Shown piece by piece: positions 43,046-44,646 of a stretch of 44,646 nt of DNA (its first letter is position 1; each line of letters starts with the position of its first letter). The position numbers were made by a program, and so were the translations under genes. Under the pieces are notes generated by a model. That model saw only the letters and a list, made by a program, of their open reading frames with translations. It was not told the DNA's origin and did not search any database. The DNA is from Bdellovibrionota bacterium (GTDB lineage Bacteria; Bdellovibrionota_C; UBA2361; JBGSMV01). Location: NCBI GenBank assembly GCA_044356455.1, contig JBIKWF010000027.1, positions 1 to 44,646 on the forward strand, written 5' to 3'.

Positions 43046-43471
43046 GTGACTGAGGCCCCTGCAAAACAACCAGCCGCCGCCGCTACGGGCGCCGCCGCTG
43101 CCAAGAAGAAGAAGACCAAGCGTAACGTTCCCGTGGGTGTGGCTCACATTCACGCGACGTTTAACAACACCATCGTAACTATTACTGACCCCAGTGGTCA
43201 TGTAGTGTCGTGGTCGAGCCCTGGCTGCAACGGCTTTAAGGGTTCGCGTAAGTCGACTCCTTTCGCTGCTCAGGTCGCTGGTGAAACTGCGGCGCGTAAA
43301 GCCAAAGAGGCTGGTATGCGTGCGGTGAGTGTACTTGTGAAAGGTCCTGGTTCGGGCCGTGAGTCGGCGCTTCGTGCGATTCATCTTGCAGGTCTCACGG
43401 TAACGTCAATTCGCGATTGCACTCCTGTTCCCCATAACGGGTGTCGTCCTCGCAAGAGCCGTAGAGTTTAA
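43046..43471 (+). CDS. rpsK: 30S ribosomal protein S11
   Basis: [41 protein letters not shown] start after GGAG. Confidence 0.98.
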   Translation: MTEAPAKQPAAAATGAAAAKKKKTKRNVPVGVAHIHATFNNTIVTITDPSGHVVSWSSPGCNGFKGSRKSTPFAAQVAGETAARKAKEAGMRAVSVLVKGPGSGRESALRAIHLAGLTVTSIRDCTPVPHNGCRPRKSRRV

Positions 43472-43516
43472 TTTTAAAAATTTCTGTACTAGTTCGGAAA
43501 GTAAGAGGAGATAAGA

Positions 43517-44143
43517 ATGGCTCGGTATTGTGGTGCGGTGTGTCGATTTTGCCGACGTGAAGGTGAGAAGCTTTTCCTTAAGGGTGAGCGTTGCTTCACG
43601 AATAAGTGTGCGATCGAGCGTCGTGAAGGTGGCCCCGGACAACACGGAAAGGCTCGCCAGTCACACTCTGATTTCAAAGTTCAACTTCGTGAGAAGCAGA
43701 AAACGAAGCGTATTTACGGGATGCTCGAAACGGGCTTCCGCGCTGCTTACGAGCGTGCCGCTACCACCAAGGGCGTCACTGGTTCTCAGCTCCTCATCGC
43801 ATGCGAAAGACGTCTTGATAACGTAGCGCTCCGTCTTGGGTTTGCTACTTCTCGTCGCCAGGCTCGTCAGCTCGTTTCCCATGGGCAGCTGCTCGTCAAC
43901 GGACGTTGCATTGCGCTTCCTGGATATGAAGTGCAAGCGGGAGATATCGTAGAGATTGTGGAAGGTCGTAAGAAGCATCCTGGTATCGTGGCTGCGATGG
44001 ATTTCGCTTCAAGCCGCGTTATTCCTGAGTGGCTGTCTCTCGACAAAGCAATGGCGAAGGGCACGGTAATTTCTCTCCCCACAAGAGAGGCGATTACACA
44101 GTCGCTCAACGAACAGCTTATCGTTGAACACTATTCTCGTTAA
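43517..44143 (+). CDS. rpsD: 30S ribosomal protein S4 (Zn-binding type)
   Basis: CRFCRREG..LFLKGERC...KC, QLREKQK, RLDN, ARQLVSHG, EQLIVEHYSR. Confidence 0.99.
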   Translation: MARYCGAVCRFCRREGEKLFLKGERCFTNKCAIERREGGPGQHGKARQSHSDFKVQLREKQKTKRIYGMLETGFRAAYERAATTKGVTGSQLLIACERRLDNVALRLGFATSRRQARQLVSHGQLLVNGRCIALPGYEVQAGDIVEIVEGRKKHPGIVAAMDFASSRVIPEWLSLDKAMAKGTVISLPTREAITQSLNEQLIVEHYSR

Positions 44144-44551
44144 TAATTCTCTATGAGGCCCTCCTAAACTTATTAAGAGGGCTCTTAGTTGAGAGGGTTA
44201 TTCGGGTGTTGACGAGCGCCGCCGGGGCAATAACTGGCGGTAGAAGGCAAATTTTCGCAGCTAGCACTTGAGAGGAAGGCGAAAGTATAGTGCTGGCGAG
44301 CATGGTGGTGGCGAGGTAGGTGAGCGGAAGTAGACCTCGCTATAGCCTCGAGGGTCGATTTGGCCTCGAGAGAACGATAAATTTTACGGACCTGTTTTTT
44401 GATGCTTTAGCTTTTCTGCTTTGACGTTAAGAGCGAGAGAAGTGATGCCCGTTAAGAAATGATTACTTACGTAATCATGGCAAGGGCGGATAGAGCTTAC
44501 GAACATGTCTTGGTGCAAGTCCAAGGGCAAGTCTAAGGGAGATTGAGAAGA

Positions 44552-44646
44552 ATGAGACGCATTTATCTTAGAGACCTGATCAAACCAAAGCGCGTTGAGA
44601 TTGAAGGTGGTTCTCCAGATAGCCGTTACGGCAAGTTTGTAGCGGA
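44552..44646 (+). CDS. rpoA: DNA-directed RNA polymerase subunit alpha, 5' fragment truncated by window end
   Basis: Manual translation MRRIYLRDLIKPKRVEIEGGSPDSRYGKFVA matches the RpoA start (DLIKP...YGKF.AEP); follows rpsD. Confidence 0.85.
   Translation, partial: MRRIYLRDLIKPKRVEIEGGSPDSRYGKFVA

Overview
Bacterial core-genome window dominated by the transcription/translation superoperon on the + strand: secE-nusG-rplKAJL-rpoBC, a three-gene insert (MgtC/SapB, a minus-strand orphan, an FAD oxidoreductase), then rpsL-rpsG-fusA-tuf, the S10 and spc clusters, secY-adk, rpmJ-rpsM-rpsK-rpsD and the first 31 codons of rpoA. The left end carries cheV (with a sigma28-like promoter), a saccharopine dehydrogenase-family gene, five tRNA genes in two divergent groups and an RlmI-like methyltransferase. 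The RpoA and RpoC N-termini suggest a deltaproteobacteria-like (Bdellovibrionota/Myxococcota/Desulfobacterota) lineage; this is inference. The most unusual parts are: (1) the tRNA cluster, which holds a 60-bp duplicated 5' part of tRNA-Trp interrupted by palindromic inserts, an A-B-A-B-A palindrome array between tRNA-Gly and tRNA-Tyr, and a GTAG-type REP doublet; (2) an EF-Tu whose switch I region lacks the canonical RGITI motif; (3) a MITE-like element in a 707-bp rplO-secY spacer with a related partial copy 38 kb away; (4) uniformly enlarged ribosomal-gene spacers with many short tandem duplications and hairpins. No transposase, integrase or CRISPR array was seen.
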